A stretch of 63,140 nt of DNA, the filler included, from Octopus bimaculoides (Eukaryota): the NCBI RefSeq assembly GCF_001194135.2. It is 5 parts of 5 records of this genome, joined end to end, with 100 filler letters (N's around TTAATTAATTAA, not from the genome) between each part and the next. Parts side by side here need not be neighbours in the genome. Positions count along the whole stretch, not along the records: positions 1 to 15,817 come from NC_069001.1; 4 more parts are not named here. One strand, given 5' to 3'. Positions 1 to 13,025 of this stretch are shown here, in pieces (positions within the stretch are counted from its first letter, which is position 1; each line of letters opens with the position of its first letter). A program made the translations under genes and the position numbers. The notes under the pieces were generated by a model. The model was not told the origin of the DNA. It ran no database searches and was given only the letters and a program-made list of their open reading frames with translations.

Positions 1-100
1 TGTGTGTGTATATATATGTGTGTGTGTGTGTATATATATGTGTGTGTGTATATATATGTGTGTGTGTGTGTGTATATATATGTGTGTATGTATATATGTA

Positions 101-362
101 TAAAGGTGTTGGAAAAAATAATGGAAATACACCATCATAACATCATAATTTTGAAATCTCTATAAAAACGTCAAAGCTTTGTTCTTTTATGTTTAAAGAT
201 TTATTATTAGTGTTGCTTAATATGTTTTACTAAAATTGCTGTTTATTTTCAGATATATCATCAGAAAAAGGTAATTAAAATTCATTAAAATGACAGATCT
301 ATCCGGCTTTCAAAGGGTTCAAATTATTGTTGCTCATATGGCAGGCGCTAGCGTAACGAAAT
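101..362 (+). mobile_element. Tc1-like DNA transposon, 5' end with start of transposase (truncated)
   Basis: ATG at 290 reads MTDLSGFQRVQIIVAHMAGASVTK, matching the Tc1 N-terminal pattern (M.DLSDFQRGQIVGAR.AGASVTK). It is preceded by a TIR-like TA-AAGGTGTTGGAAAAAATAATGGAAATACACC. Confidence 0.75.
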
Positions 363-640
363 ATTTTGATATGATAATGTCTTAATGACCATAAACTCTG
401 TTGTTTTCACTCCTGGACACAGATCGTCTCTCTTTTCCTTCTCCTCCTTTCACGAGTCCATATGTCCCTGCGTATACGTCTATGTATACCTGTCTGTGTG
501 TCTTACTCTGCGTGTGTGCGTCTGTGGGTGTCTGTATATGAATCGCGTGAGTATATGTATTATCAGTATCTATCTAGGCATATATATGTCTGTGATATGT
601 GTTAGTGCCTGTCTGTGTGTGTGTTTGAGTATGTGTGTAC

Positions 641-1235
641 GGACAACTAAGTCTAACTTGTGGACCGGTATTAAAGATACGTATATGGTCTTTTAATATT
701 AATTGTAGTGATTTTAGGGGTGTAAGATTCAGTTCGATTGTCAACTTGTGTATCTTCAACAATGTCTTTCCTAATCACGTTTATGCTTAGAATGTTTCAC
801 TTCGAGGTTTTGTAATCGTTTGTAATTTGGTTGTTTTTTTTATTAAAGAGAAGTGTCTTTCCGTTTCTAAATGATAAAGTTATCCAGTTTTATCTATATG
901 AACAAGTATTCCAGATTTCTTTCAATAATTGTTGCAATTGTCTTAGATGAGGGTTTCTTCTCCTAGGGAATTGCTAGAATGTAACGTCCTTAATATTCTA
1001 AACTCCACCATCGCAATCAATAGAATGTGAATTATGTGGTGGAATCCTGTAGGACAAATATAGGTTTCATATTATTAAGTTCTTTATTAAACTGACAACC
1101 ACAATCGTTATTTTTGTTGAAGTAGTATGTACGCCATCTCATGCCATGAATCAGTGAGTTTGTCTTATCAAGTACATTTCTCATATATTCTTTTTGAACG
1201 TGTATTCAAGATGTATTCATAAAATACTTCTCCAT
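641..1235 (-). mobile_element. Penelope-like element (PLE), degenerate N-terminal/RT-proximal fragment
   Basis: Minus-strand frames give KEYMRNVLDKTNSLIHGMRWRTYYF, a DKTG-like motif, ITNDYK and LILKDHIRIFNTGPQVRLSCP. These resemble the PLE motifs K.ESLIKRMRWKAFFF, ADKT and ITLKDHK.NF...P.VRLINP. Stops and frameshifts are present. Confidence 0.75.
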
Positions 1236-4200
1236 CTCAAAAATGATCCGCCATAGGCACTCTTAAATGAAGAGAATAAGAGAGTATACAAGAAGAAATG
1301 TAGGATTTAACAAATTCTGGCAGTTATCAATTAATCACTCAGTTTTAAACGAATTTAGTTAACTATATCAAACAACCAGACGTCAATAACTGTAAGAATA
1401 CACATCCGATGTAATCTCCTAATATAATAATGAGCATAGTGTTTTTATATATCTGTTAATATCTCTCTCTCTCTCTCTCTCTCTCTGTACATATNNNNNN
1501 NNNNNNNNNNNNNNNNNNNNNNNNNNNNNNNNNNNNNNNNNNNNNNNNNNNNNNNNNNNNNNNNNNNNNNNNNNNNNNNNNNNNNNNNNNNNNNNNNNNN
1601 NNNNNNNNNNNNNNNNNNNNNNNNNNNNNNNNNNNNNNNNNNNNNNNNNNNNNNNNNNNNNNNNNNNNNNNNNNNNNNNNNNNNNNNNNNNNNNNNNNNN
1701 NNNNNNNNNNNNNNNNNNNNNNNNNNNNNNNNNNNNNNNNNNNNNNNNNNNNNNNNNNNNNNNNNNNNNNNNNNNNNNNNNNNNNNNNNNNNNNNNNNNN
1801 NNNNNNNNNNNNNNNNNNNNNNNNNNNNNNNNNNNNNNNNNNNNNNNNNNNNNNNNNNNNNNNNNNNNNNNNNNNNNNNNNNNNNNNNNNNNNNNNNNNN
1901 NNNNNNNNNNNNNNNNNNNNNNNNNNNNNNNNNNNNNNNNNNNNNNNNNNNNNNNNNNNNNTATATATATATTTGTCCAGAATCACGCCGGTCGCGGAGG
2001 AGGAAAGAAAATAGTAATTCAGTGAAAGTGAGGTAGTGAGAATAATAGCCCTGTCTGAGAGGGAGTGAGAGAAAGGAATAGCAATGAGAAACAATAAGGG
2101 GTGGTAGATGAATAAGGAAAGGAGGTGTAAAAAAAATCAACGCTTCAGCTCTCTCTGTGTATATGTGTGCATATGTGTCCGTGTACAAAGGAAGTATGTG
2201 GATGTATGTATGGTTATTATGCACCTTATATTGTATTTTATCTATATATAACATACTACAATTAGCTGCCATTTTTGAGGGCACGTGGTGAGTTAGTACC
2301 TTATATATAAGAAGTTGATCCAAACGTTGTGTAGAAGAATTTCGAGGAATTCAGGGTATTAGACAACAAAAATACACTTGCATGCATACATACATGCATG
2401 CAACGAACATACACAATTTCCGTCGTTCAAGAGATACTAGGATTGATTGAATGGGGCAGTGTAGGACCAAAAACGACATACGCACAGCCAACAGGTATTT
2501 ATTGTATATACTTATGCTTATACATTCGTACCTGACATACAACTAGATACTTTCAATTTTATATCCAACCACTTGAAGAGTTTTCAAGTTAAAATAGATT
2601 GTTTTCAAATTTTTGCATAAATTTTGCTTTAGATATTGCGGAGAATTATCGTATTCATTTTCGTTTTATTTATGTCTATTGTTGTTTTTGTTTGATTATT
2701 TTTCAATAAAGACGATAGATGCATTTAAAGAAATCTGTTTTTAGTCATTGAAATAAGTTCAATGACCTTACAACTGAAAGTCGAAACTGTTTGTTGCCAT
2801 GGTTACCGAGGCAGCAAACAAAATGTCTTTGAAAAAGCAGAAAAGGGAACCGTAGAAACTGAATGTTTTCTTTTGTGAAAATTTTATGAAAACAAAACAC
2901 ACAAAAAGGGAGTTTCTCGTTCAAAAATTATTTAATGAACGAAAACAATGGTGAAATAATGAAGAATTTCTTATTTTTCTTTTCTTTGCTTTCATGGAGT
3001 TTAATGAAAGAAAATGAACATATTTTTTGTTTCCCTCTAACCACTTAAATATTTATATCTGTATACAATTAGAAGAAGAATATTATTGTCAGCGTAACAG
3101 GTCCTGCTTTCGCTGAACCGATAGCAATAACTACAGAAATGAAACGAAGACACATGGACTGAAAATAAAAGAAAACAATGATGAAATAAATGATGTAATG
3201 GGGTTTTATGAATTTAACGAACTTGAGCAGGGTAATCTATATCTTTTGAAAACAAAAAAAAAAGATTTTTATTTGAGGGTTCACATAAACTCTTAGGGAA
3301 ACGAGTTTATGCAGATCGATGAGTGTCAGATCGATGAGTGTTACATCGATCTGACACACAGATCGATGGTAGTGGTAGCGAGACCGGAGAAAGTAAACCT
3401 CCTTTCTTGAACCAAATACCAAACTTCCATCAAAATTCGAAATGCAGCCAAAAATAAGTTTGCAATATAGGGAACTAAATAGTGACAGATGTGAGCATGA
3501 TTCAATGGGGAGAAATATACTCAGTATGAATGTGAAGGTTGAAAATATAGCTTGTAAAGTGCATTTAAGTTTTGATATTTCAATTCAATTTCCTCTCATT
3601 CTAAACAGACTTTTCACTTCTATTCTTATTGCGCTTCACATCGTGTAATTTAATTATTATTATCATAAATTTTTTTTTTTCATAATCGTTTTTATGCTGC
3701 GTTACCATCTTTGTAATGCTTCTTTGAAATGTCCCTTATCTGCTAACATTATGGAAAAGAATGACATTATTATTTTTACTTCTTGATTATGCTGTTACAG
3801 CCACCATCATTCTTGTTGATATGTTGTTTTCAAAGTGTGCAGACGAGTTAATTTGGCGCTCGCTAATGGCCAGCCTTTGACTTCGTATTCCCAAGGATTT
3901 TAATAATTATGACGCTATTATTTTACAAGCCTAATGTATATTTGCAAAACTCATGTGTTCTATTCAATTAATTCTCATTCCATTAAAAAATATCACAAGG
4001 AATTCTATCGAGTATTTTTATTTCCTTCTTATTGGACTCCCACGTTACGAGATGTTAACACCTCCATGTTTTTGGATTAATATTTAACGACATTTTGGAT
4101 TAATATGTGTTTCAAGTACAACAATTCCCCCAAGGTATGTGAATTATTTTAAACTGCATTTTCATCAACAACAACAACAGCACGAAGACAACAACAACAA

Positions 4201-4521
4201 TAATAATAATAATTTCGTCTGAAATTTATTTGAATAATTTAAGCTGTCTGTTTGGTTCGATCTGATTTCTAATGGCGTGAAGTAAATTGAATAACACCTT
4301 CTCAAAACAAGATTTAAATGAATATTTCCATGAACAAGAAGCATAAAGACATAATAATGCTTACTTTGCAACAATACATACATTTTCTTTTAAATTCAGG
4401 TGGTGTTATCAGCAACAACTAAAATACTGAAAATGTATAATGATGCTACACATATGTTGAGGTTGAATTTTCACTGTACAGGTTGTAAGGATATAGTGTC
4501 TTTTTTGAAAATTCTGCCTAT

Positions 4522-4560
<39 letters not shown>

Positions 4561-4600
4561 TGCAACCGACAAGCTCTACTTTAATATATATCAAGCATAT

Positions 4601-4811
4601 AAGGTGGTGGGTAGGCTGGCAGAAACATCTGCAGTCCGGGTAAAACGCTTCGCGGCATTGCGATAGCCTTTATGTTGGCTTCAAATTATGCCAATGTACA
4701 TTTTGTTTTCATGCTTCCACGGTCAATAAAATAAGTACCAGCTGACTATTAGACTCAATGTAATCGATCCCGCTCCCCGAACTAACTAGCCTTGTGCCAA
4801 AATTTGAAACC
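4601..4811 (+). mobile_element. SINE family C (GGCGAGCTGGCAG head), degenerate copy
   Basis: Shares GCTGGCAGAA, AATAAGTACCAG and GCCTTGTGCCAAAATTTGAAAC with the copies at 38140-38575 and 55120-55312. Confidence 0.65.
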
Positions 4812-4817
4812 AATATA

Positions 4818-5027
4818 CAGGGTGTCCACAAAGTCTAGGTACGTTGTACAAATAAAATCGTAACATAAACAATTAAATATAAGAAATAATAATTTCCTAA
4901 AGTATGTTTTAATCCCCATGTGGCTACATGGAGTAAACAAAATCATAACATAAACAATTAAATATAAGAAATAATATTTTTTTAAAGTGTGTTAATCCCC
5001 ATGTACCCAGACATTGTGGACACCCTG
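4818..5027. mobile_element. Tc1/mariner-type MITE
   Basis: Terminal inverted repeats CAGGGTGTCCACAAAGTCTAGGTAC and GTACCCAGACATTGTGGACACCCTG, TA on both flanks, and an internal ~78-bp direct duplication. Confidence 0.9.
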
Positions 5028-5155
5028 TATAATAAGCAAATTTCAAAATGTCAATGGCAAAGTTACGTACTTATAACCTTCATCGCCGTGATTGAAAAAT
5101 TGGGTCAAGAAGAACGAAAGCGAAAAGTTAGATGCCTTTTTCTATTACTACATAG

Positions 5156-5291
5156 AAGCGGATATTTTGTTGCCTGAGAAGGAGGTATTCTCTCATATCT
5201 GCGATGATATTTGTATACCATGTAAGGAAAAGCGTAAGACACTTTCTACCTATCTCACTTTGGCTGTCAATACAAAGGAAGAAGCATGCAG
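5156..5291 (+). CDS. Candidate internal exon of an unidentified gene
   Basis: Acceptor CCTTTTTCTATTACTACATAG, donor CAG|GTATGT, open frame ADILLPEKEVFSHICDDICIPCKEKRKTLSTYLTLAVNTKEEACR in non-repetitive sequence. Product not recognised. Confidence 0.35.
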
Positions 5292-5689
5292 GTATGTAGA
5301 AAATACTTTCAGAACAACTACCCGTATATTTGTAACTGATAACACGTGACAGTACAACGTATTCTTAATAGGTAGCTTAATATCCCATGTTTAAGTTGTG
5401 AGTTCAAGTTCCAGAAGGGGATTGAAATTTGCCTTTTCTCATTTTGGGAACGATGCAATATGTACTAGTAAAGTACTGGGGTTGATCTAATCAGCTTACC
5501 CCGTCGTCCGAACCTGCTGTCATTGTGCTAATATTTGAAACATTTATTACAATATTCTCGTTGTTGCTGTTGTTGTTGTTGTTGTTGTTGATTGAGAGTG
5601 CAGCGCATGGCAAAGTGACACCGGGGTAGAAATATACGAAACCCAGTATACCCATCATACCAGTTTGATAAGTGTACATCAGGCATTAC

Positions 5690-6003
5690 AAGCATATGTC
5701 CGCGACATGGTGATCTCATATCAAGACAAACAACGCATGACCTTGTAGGTGAGGCTCTTTTGGAATTTTTTTCAGGTCGAGTTGGCCATCAATATGTCCC
5801 TGAATATGGTTTGTTTCCATAAGTGAATTATTCAAACCCCAGAGAATTCCTCTCAACACATGGCTATGACACTCATCCACCACTTCTGTTCATAATCAAT
5901 GATGCACATATCGTCAGCCACTAATGAAAATGCTCAGCTAGTTAAGGTTAAACAACTGACAAGCAAATATGTGGTAGTGTGCAGAATATTTGCTGTAGCC
6001 CAT
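5690..6003. repeat. Unclassified octopus interspersed repeat fragment
   Basis: CTCAACACATGGCTATGA, GATGCACATATCGTCAGCCAC and GCAGAATATTTGCTGTAGCCCATC resemble a recurrent octopus repeat. Recognised from recall only; there is no second copy in the window. Confidence 0.35.
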
Positions 6004-7420
6004 CTTGATGTTCCCCCACTACTTCTGTTCGTGTGGTGCTCCTACACTACTACAGCTCGTGCTATTATTATCATTATTGTTATTCTTCTTCTTCTTCTTA
6101 TTATTATTATTAATCTTAAGCATATAAACATATCTGTGTTTATGAATGGGCATATGTATCTAGTAATGTGTGTTTGTACATGCATTTTTATGCATGTATA
6201 AATATATACATNNNNNNNNNNGTTTGTACATGCATTTTTATGCATGTATAAATATATACATATACATGCATTTATATATGTATGTACATGCATCCCCGCG
6301 CGCGCACACACACAAACACACCACATATACACACATAAACATACACCCCCAAACGCACATATTGACTCAGACAGATAGAGAGAATAGGAGAGTGAGAGAA
6401 ATGTAAATGTGTTATACATACGCATTTCTTCATTTGGTTTGTTATATTTCTGTGGAATATGCACCGTTTTGGCACGTAATTATATCTATTGCATATGGAT
6501 GCACAACACACGAATTATTATTTTTAAAAAAGCTGACTAATGCGAGTCAGAATATCACGGACATACGTGCATTTCCATAAACGAGTCCTCTTGCAAATAA
6601 ATAAATAGATAAATAAATAAAAATTCAGTCAGAAATATTTGTGGAGGGTAACATAATTACGGGTGTCAGGAGATTTATAAACGAAACCTTAACGCAAAGA
6701 AAAGAAAACGACTGATAAAACGTAACTAAATAAATGTAGTGTGAATTTACTTTATATAGCTTTAGAAATAACTGAACGAGGTGTGGCTTCCTCAGAAATT
6801 AACGAGGACAAAAGAACGGAAGAACAAAAGAAAGAGCGTATGGGGAAATAAGAGCAAAACTGCACAAAACATAGTAATATGTACAAATTGGGAAATAATA
6901 GTAAAGATTTCACACTTGATAATATCTCTGTCGATGCGATGTATTTTTTTTAATGATAAATTAAGAGGTTTCGTTTGTTTGTTTGTTTAATGAATTCTTT
7001 AGTATATATTTGGAAATTGAAAAAGGGAAGAAATGTGTAGATAATATAAGTAGCTTATTACTTGTCGATTTCTCTGCAAGCTTTAAATATCTACAGAGTA
7101 AAAACAAAGAATATACTGACATCCAAATATAAACGGAACTCCAGATTCCGTTAGGTGCAATCAGAAAAAATAAATTAACTATAAATATACAGAATGTAAG
7201 AAAAAAAGAGAATAAAGAAAACAGTCTTGCAGAAATAAAAACTGATAAAATCCTATCAAATGTGTAGCGTTATATTAACTACTATTGTGGAATACCACAT
7301 TACAATTAAACTTTCATGCGTAAATAACATACAAGCCTTGCTTTAATCACAATAATAATTATATAAGTCGTACATTTATATCTACAGCGAGATGTTAAAG
7401 TCTATGCAACCTTCGCGCGC

Positions 7421-7470
<50 letters not shown>

Positions 7471-7693
7471 ATATATGTATATATATCAACCCTTTATTTC
7501 TATATTTGTAGCACTGATAAGCCAATAACTGTCGAATCTATTTTCGTATGTGAATAAATCTATTACAAAATTGACAGCTACCTGTTTTTAAATTCACGTG
7601 CATTTTCAAACACCAAAACAAATATGTGTGTGTATTGAAAAACTCCTAAGATGCTATATGCCGAACGTGTTTATTTGTAGAAAGTGCTCCTAG

Positions 7694-7816
7694 GAGAAAT
7701 CAAGACGACGATTTAAAAAGTGTGCGATGTACTTGTGGAAAGCTTATGAAATAAGAGGTTATTTGGCAAGCAATGCTTGTCACCACCATCGATGGAGAAA
7801 ACAATTGAAGGAATGG
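7694..7816 (+). CDS. Candidate symmetric (phase 0-0) internal exon of an unidentified gene
   Basis: CCTAG| acceptor, strong TGG|GTGAGT donor, 123 nt open: EKSRRRFKKCAMYLWKAYEIRGYLASNACHHHRWRKQLKEW. Confidence 0.35.
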
Positions 7817-8301
7817 GTGAGTGCTTTCGAGAAAATTAGCATTTTCCCTGCAGAATTAAAACGAGCAGAATTTAACCGAACACCTTCCACTAATTTCAAG
7901 GGAGGTGCTAAGACGATGATACCTGGCCACAAATGTAAAGTATAAAGGTTTTTTTAACCTACAATGTTTTTAAAATTAATGACGGTCTTCCACTTTCACG
8001 AATGGACAGCCATCGTAAATATAGATTCATATGTGTGTTTGTTCGTGCGTGTGTCTGACTGTAATTATTTATTAGCAACGAAAGCACTCTTTGTAATGAA
8101 TATCAATTTGCACTTGCAACTTATCGCCCTAAGCTGCGATTATCATCCTGAGAAATCACCTCGTTGAGACGATGATTGCTCGCACTCAACATCTCTTCGA
8201 GAGGAATTCTTAGTGCTTTTATCTCAAACACTCACAACAGGGAGAATCATAAAATTAAACATTAAACATGCAAACATGTGCCTGCTTCCTCTCTCTCTCT
8301 C

Positions 8302-8332
<31 letters not shown>

Positions 8333-8533
8333 CACTCTCACTCTCTCACGCACTCTCTCAGACATACACACAGACACACGAGCCTGTCCATATGCACACA
8401 TACACTGTCATACACTAGCTTTATACACAAACATGTACTTCTTTTCATGCCCACAGTCGCACCCATACACTCATATATACATGCAAATATTAGCTTCATA
8501 CACTCACAGAAGACTGCGCGCGTAGTCACACAC

Positions 8534-8573
<40 letters not shown>

Positions 8574-8731
8574 TCACATGCATACACACACACTTATGTC
8601 AGGTCACCGTTCATTCTTATGTCCATCCTTGTTTCACGTCCTCATTATACTTGGCGATATTCTATTCTATTCAAGACAAAAAGCGTTGCCATCATGTAGA
8701 GACAATCACCAAGTCAGAACACCCTGCTTAC

Positions 8732-8831
8732 CTGTTCTTGACATTAATGATCTTGGCCTCATATCACGTTAAGTGTGTCTTGTACCAGAGGTTTTTCAGA
8801 CCATTATCATGCTACATCAGTTTTCTCTTTC
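8732..8831 (-). other. Exon-like segment (UTR or non-coding)
   Basis: Strong minus-strand acceptor CCCTGTCTTTATTTCCTTTTAAG| and donor CAG|GTAAGC. Stops occur in all three frames, with only a short ATG-initiated MRPRSLMSRT at the 3' end. Confidence 0.3.
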
Positions 8832-9661
8832 CTTAAAAGGAAATAAAGACAGGGTATATGATTATCATGGAAGCAAGCCACCAGCTAATTTATTCAAACG
8901 ATAGTAAAAGATACATGAATGGCATTGACTTCAAGTACTCAAATCTGGTGTTGGTAACAGTGAAAGAAACAATGACAAAATTGGCTGTGCAGACATATTA
9001 GAGGCTCTACCCTTTCTCATCTAACCGAATCTTATAATATAAATGTTCGAAATTCAGCATAATTTGTTATTTCCTGTTCCACTCTGAAGGTGCTTAAACT
9101 TGTTTTAGTTATTCCATTATTGTAAACACTTCACAATAGCAAATATTTATTTTTGAATTGACATTCAATTACATAATAACCTGACAATTCAAAATACCTT
9201 GTTTTTATCTACATCCCCGTGTATATCTACAGGAAACATTGTACAGGCATTATTGTTTAGTTTAATGATGGCGATATCATCATTAAGTCTTTCCAGAGAA
9301 TTGAATTGATTTTCATTCATTATTATATCATCAAGAACCACTTTTTATTCCGGATATTACGAATTTTCTCACAAAGTTCCGATGCTTTTATTTTTTGCCA
9401 AATAACAAAATATGACCTCTATTTATCAAAAACGCATGTTCAGTTTGTCCGTTAGGAGAGTGTTTTTGCATTTCAATAGCTGAGAGATTATATAGAGGAA
9501 GTATATACTTTAAATATTACACTGTATTTTGTTAAATCGTTGTCTGTTTAAATAATTGCATTTGATTTGTGATATTTTACCGTTTGTATACATGTTAATA
9601 TGTATTCTTGCATACACACACGAACGCATGCACACACACACACACACACAAACACACACAA

Positions 9662-9706
<45 letters not shown>

Positions 9707-9803
9707 CACATACAAATACACATGCATACACACACACTGACACACGTTTATACATGCATATACACACNNNNNNNNNNTACATGCATATACACACACAGAC
9801 ACG

Positions 9804-9852
<49 letters not shown>

Positions 9853-9853
9853 C

Positions 9854-9895
<42 letters not shown>

Positions 9896-11029
9896 TATAC
9901 ATACACGCGCACAGGCACACACATATACATATATATACACACACACGGGTGAGCAACCGCGTACACACATACACACAACAGTATATACATACGTGATTGT
10001 ATTTGTATTTGAGAACGTAACTCTTTTTCTGTGACGTATGTTATGGTGTATGTTCGTATTTATTTGTTCTTAAGTTTCTACATCATACTTAACTACTAAA
10101 CACATACATGCCGTTATTTCATAGACACCATTTGAATTCTACTTAATATGCAATATTATTGGAGAGCATTATGTTCATGCTAGATTAAGTACTGTATAGT
10201 TACTAAAATGAAAAGGAGAAAAATACTAAGGGGATATTTCATTGAATAGCAGTTTTGTAGTCGTATAAAAAAGAATGGCATTATAATGTCTATAAGTAAC
10301 ACTTCAGATATAAGTTTTGCGTTATAAATACGTTTTCCAACTTAAAATATGTTTTAGTTTCAGGTACGTTAGACACCAACTATTTCCGTACTTAAGTAGT
10401 TTGTATTTTATGGAGTTCAATAGTCGAAAATTCAGAAGTACTCCGAATTGCATTTGAACGTTCATGTCACAAAGTATTGCATTTCAGATGTATGATATTT
10501 ATTTATAACACAACCTAATAAATTCCATTAACTGTCTCTACCATCTGATATCTTATTTTACTAGTAATTTATAAATATAATCTCTATATGTAAATATAAA
10601 TATCTTTATGCATCGAAGCTCTCCGTCAACTTCGAGATACCTCATTCTACCGCCCTCTGCCCTCCGACCCCACGCCCAGCTACCAACAGACTGTGTCCTC
10701 CACTATCCATGACCTCATCCTCTCCTCCCGTCTCCCCGCCNNNNNNNNNNNNNNNNNNNNNNNNNNNNNNNNNNNNNNNNNNNNNNNNNNNNNNNNNNNN
10801 NNNNNNNNNNNNNNNNNNNNNNNNNNNNNNNNNACATATATATATATATATCTGAATGTCAAATCAGTTTAATATTAACTATCAAAGCAAGATGTCAGTG
10901 ATTCTTTTTCTGAATTCTATAGAGACACTTTTATCTTTTGTGGAGCTGTTGTTCTTGCCTTTCCATTTAACGTGTAATTACATTCTTCTATAATCGCAAT
11001 ATTACTCTTGTCATTGTAATATGGTTGCA

Positions 11030-11640
11030 GATGCAATAATATTTAACTACTTGAAAACAGACGACGTTGGATAAGTTGTCTAAACCGAATTTCTGCACTC
11101 TAACAGAATCGTCCTTCTTAGATACTCCATCGACAATAAAAGCAATCACAATTCAGAATAGATCATTGTAATTGAGAAACTAAATACACATTAGAATTCA
11201 CATAAAATACTTATTTGCTTTTCTCGGTTGAAGTTTACACAAATATATTGAGACAGTTGGGCCAACGAATGCATGGAAGATGAAATTGGTCCGAACGTCT
11301 GAGGCTTTATTATCGTACTTCTATTTCGTAGTGCACATAAAAGTACAGTTTTCGTAATCTGTAACATATTCACCTGTTTAACATAGAGGAAATAGATATT
11401 TACGCTAATGGTAAACCACGATCTAAGACCGTAGGCAAACTATCATCACTGAGAACTTTCCAAATTTTTATTATTTCTTTCCAGAAAGGTACCGAAGGAT
11501 ATTCTTTAGGGAGCTGGTTTGGGTTAGGCGCCTGGGTATTATGATTGCCTAGGGAGAGAATCACATTCTTTGCATCACTAAATTGTGGAATAATATACAT
11601 TTGGCCACATTTCTGCATCAGCACATGCCAGAGGATTTAA
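11030..11640 (-). mobile_element. L1/Tx1-clade LINE, degenerate 3' part of ORF2
   Basis: Frames give PFWKEIIKIW, KTVLLCALRN and NFNREKQ..ILC, similar to the better-preserved Tx1 3' end at 57415-57920. Confidence 0.5.
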
Positions 11641-12442
11641 ACGCCAAGCCACCTTAGGCGTCCTAATATTGGTAATTTTACGGTTCAATCAACGGATTTT
11701 GTATCGTATGTCATTGAAAAAACTTAACGAAGCAAAGGATGCGTGTACTTAAAGCGAATCGACTACGAGACTGTCTTCAGAGACGGATGAATAGTGGACT
11801 CGTATCAAGGACATTGTCACATGCTCAATACTGATTCAGATAGCAATATTGTCTGCTACTAATATACGCCTATGCTTCTAACTGTATATGTCTGAAAGCG
11901 ATGCCTTCTCGAGACGAATATTCTCGTGAATTTCTACAGTATATTCAGCTTACGTCAGATATACAGAATGGTGTTTGGAACCGGACTGCCATGTTGGCTT
12001 GGCGATAACTATTATATATATATATATTCTTTATTAGCACCTGATGAATTATATATATATATATANNNNNNNNNNNNNNNNNNNNNNNNNNNNNNNNNNN
12101 NNNNNNNNNNNNNNNNNNNNNNNNNNNNNNNNNNNNNNNNNNNNNNNNNNNNNNNNNNNNNNNNNNNNNNNNNNNNNNNNNNNNNNNNNNNNNNNNNNNN
12201 NNNNNNNNNNNNNNNNNNNNNNNNNNNNNNNNNNNNNNNNNNNNNNNNNNNNNNNNNNNNNNNNNNNNNNNNNNNNNNNNNNNNNNNNNNNNNNNNNNNN
12301 NNNNNNNNNNNNNNNNNNNNNNNNNNNNNNNNNNNNNNNNNNNNNNNNNNNNNNNNNNNNNNNNNNNNNNNNNNNNNNNNNNNNNNNNNNNNNNNNNNNN
12401 NNNNNNNNNNNNNNNNNNNNNNNNTATATATATATATATATA

Positions 12443-12588
12443 CAGTTTCCGTCTATCAAATTAACTCACAGCGTCTTGGTCGGCCCAACGCTATAGTAAA
12501 AGACACATGCCCAAAATGGCACTCAGTCAGATTGAACGAAGAACCCCGCAGTAGGGAAGCAATCTTCTTACCACAGAGCCACGCCTCC
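12443..12588 (-). mobile_element. CORE-SINE (OR2-like), 5' half
   Basis: Reverse complement aligns to the head of the full copy at 30237 (GGCTCTGTGGTAAG, TTGGGCATGTGTCTT, TTTGATAGACGGAAACTG). The adjacent (TA)n/N-gap corresponds to the internal microsatellite. Confidence 0.8.
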
Positions 12589-12753
12589 ACCTCATTATAT
12601 ATTTATATTTGATGTTTTTAAAGAGGTCACATGATATACTGCTCCAGTCATGGCATATTCTCTTGTTCTAAGGAGGAGATCTGCAGCATGCTTTGAAGCG
12701 TGTAGCTGCCGACTGTAGCAAAGCAGGTATGTAAATACTTGCTCCATTGTGTG

Positions 12754-12784
<31 letters not shown>

Positions 12785-12814
12785 GCGCGTAAATGTGTGT
12801 GTGCGTGTGTGTGT

Positions 12815-13025
12815 GCGTGTCATTTTGTTTGTCCTCTATCACCACTTGACGACTGGTATTGGTGCGTTTTACCTCCACGCAAGCTAGCAAGTTCGTCGAA
12901 AGCAACAGACAGAATAAGTACTAGGCTTTAAAAAAATGTCCTACGGCCGATTTGTTCGACTAAAACACTTTTAATGCTGTGATCCAGCATGGCCACAGTC
13001 AAATGACTCAAAGGAATAAAAGAAT
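12815..13025 (+). mobile_element. CORE-SINE (OR2-like), 3' half
   Basis: GAATAAGTACTAGGCTT, CGATTTGTTCGACTAAA, CCAGCATGGCCACAGTCAAATGACT and an (AAAGAAT)n-like tail. Confidence 0.8.
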
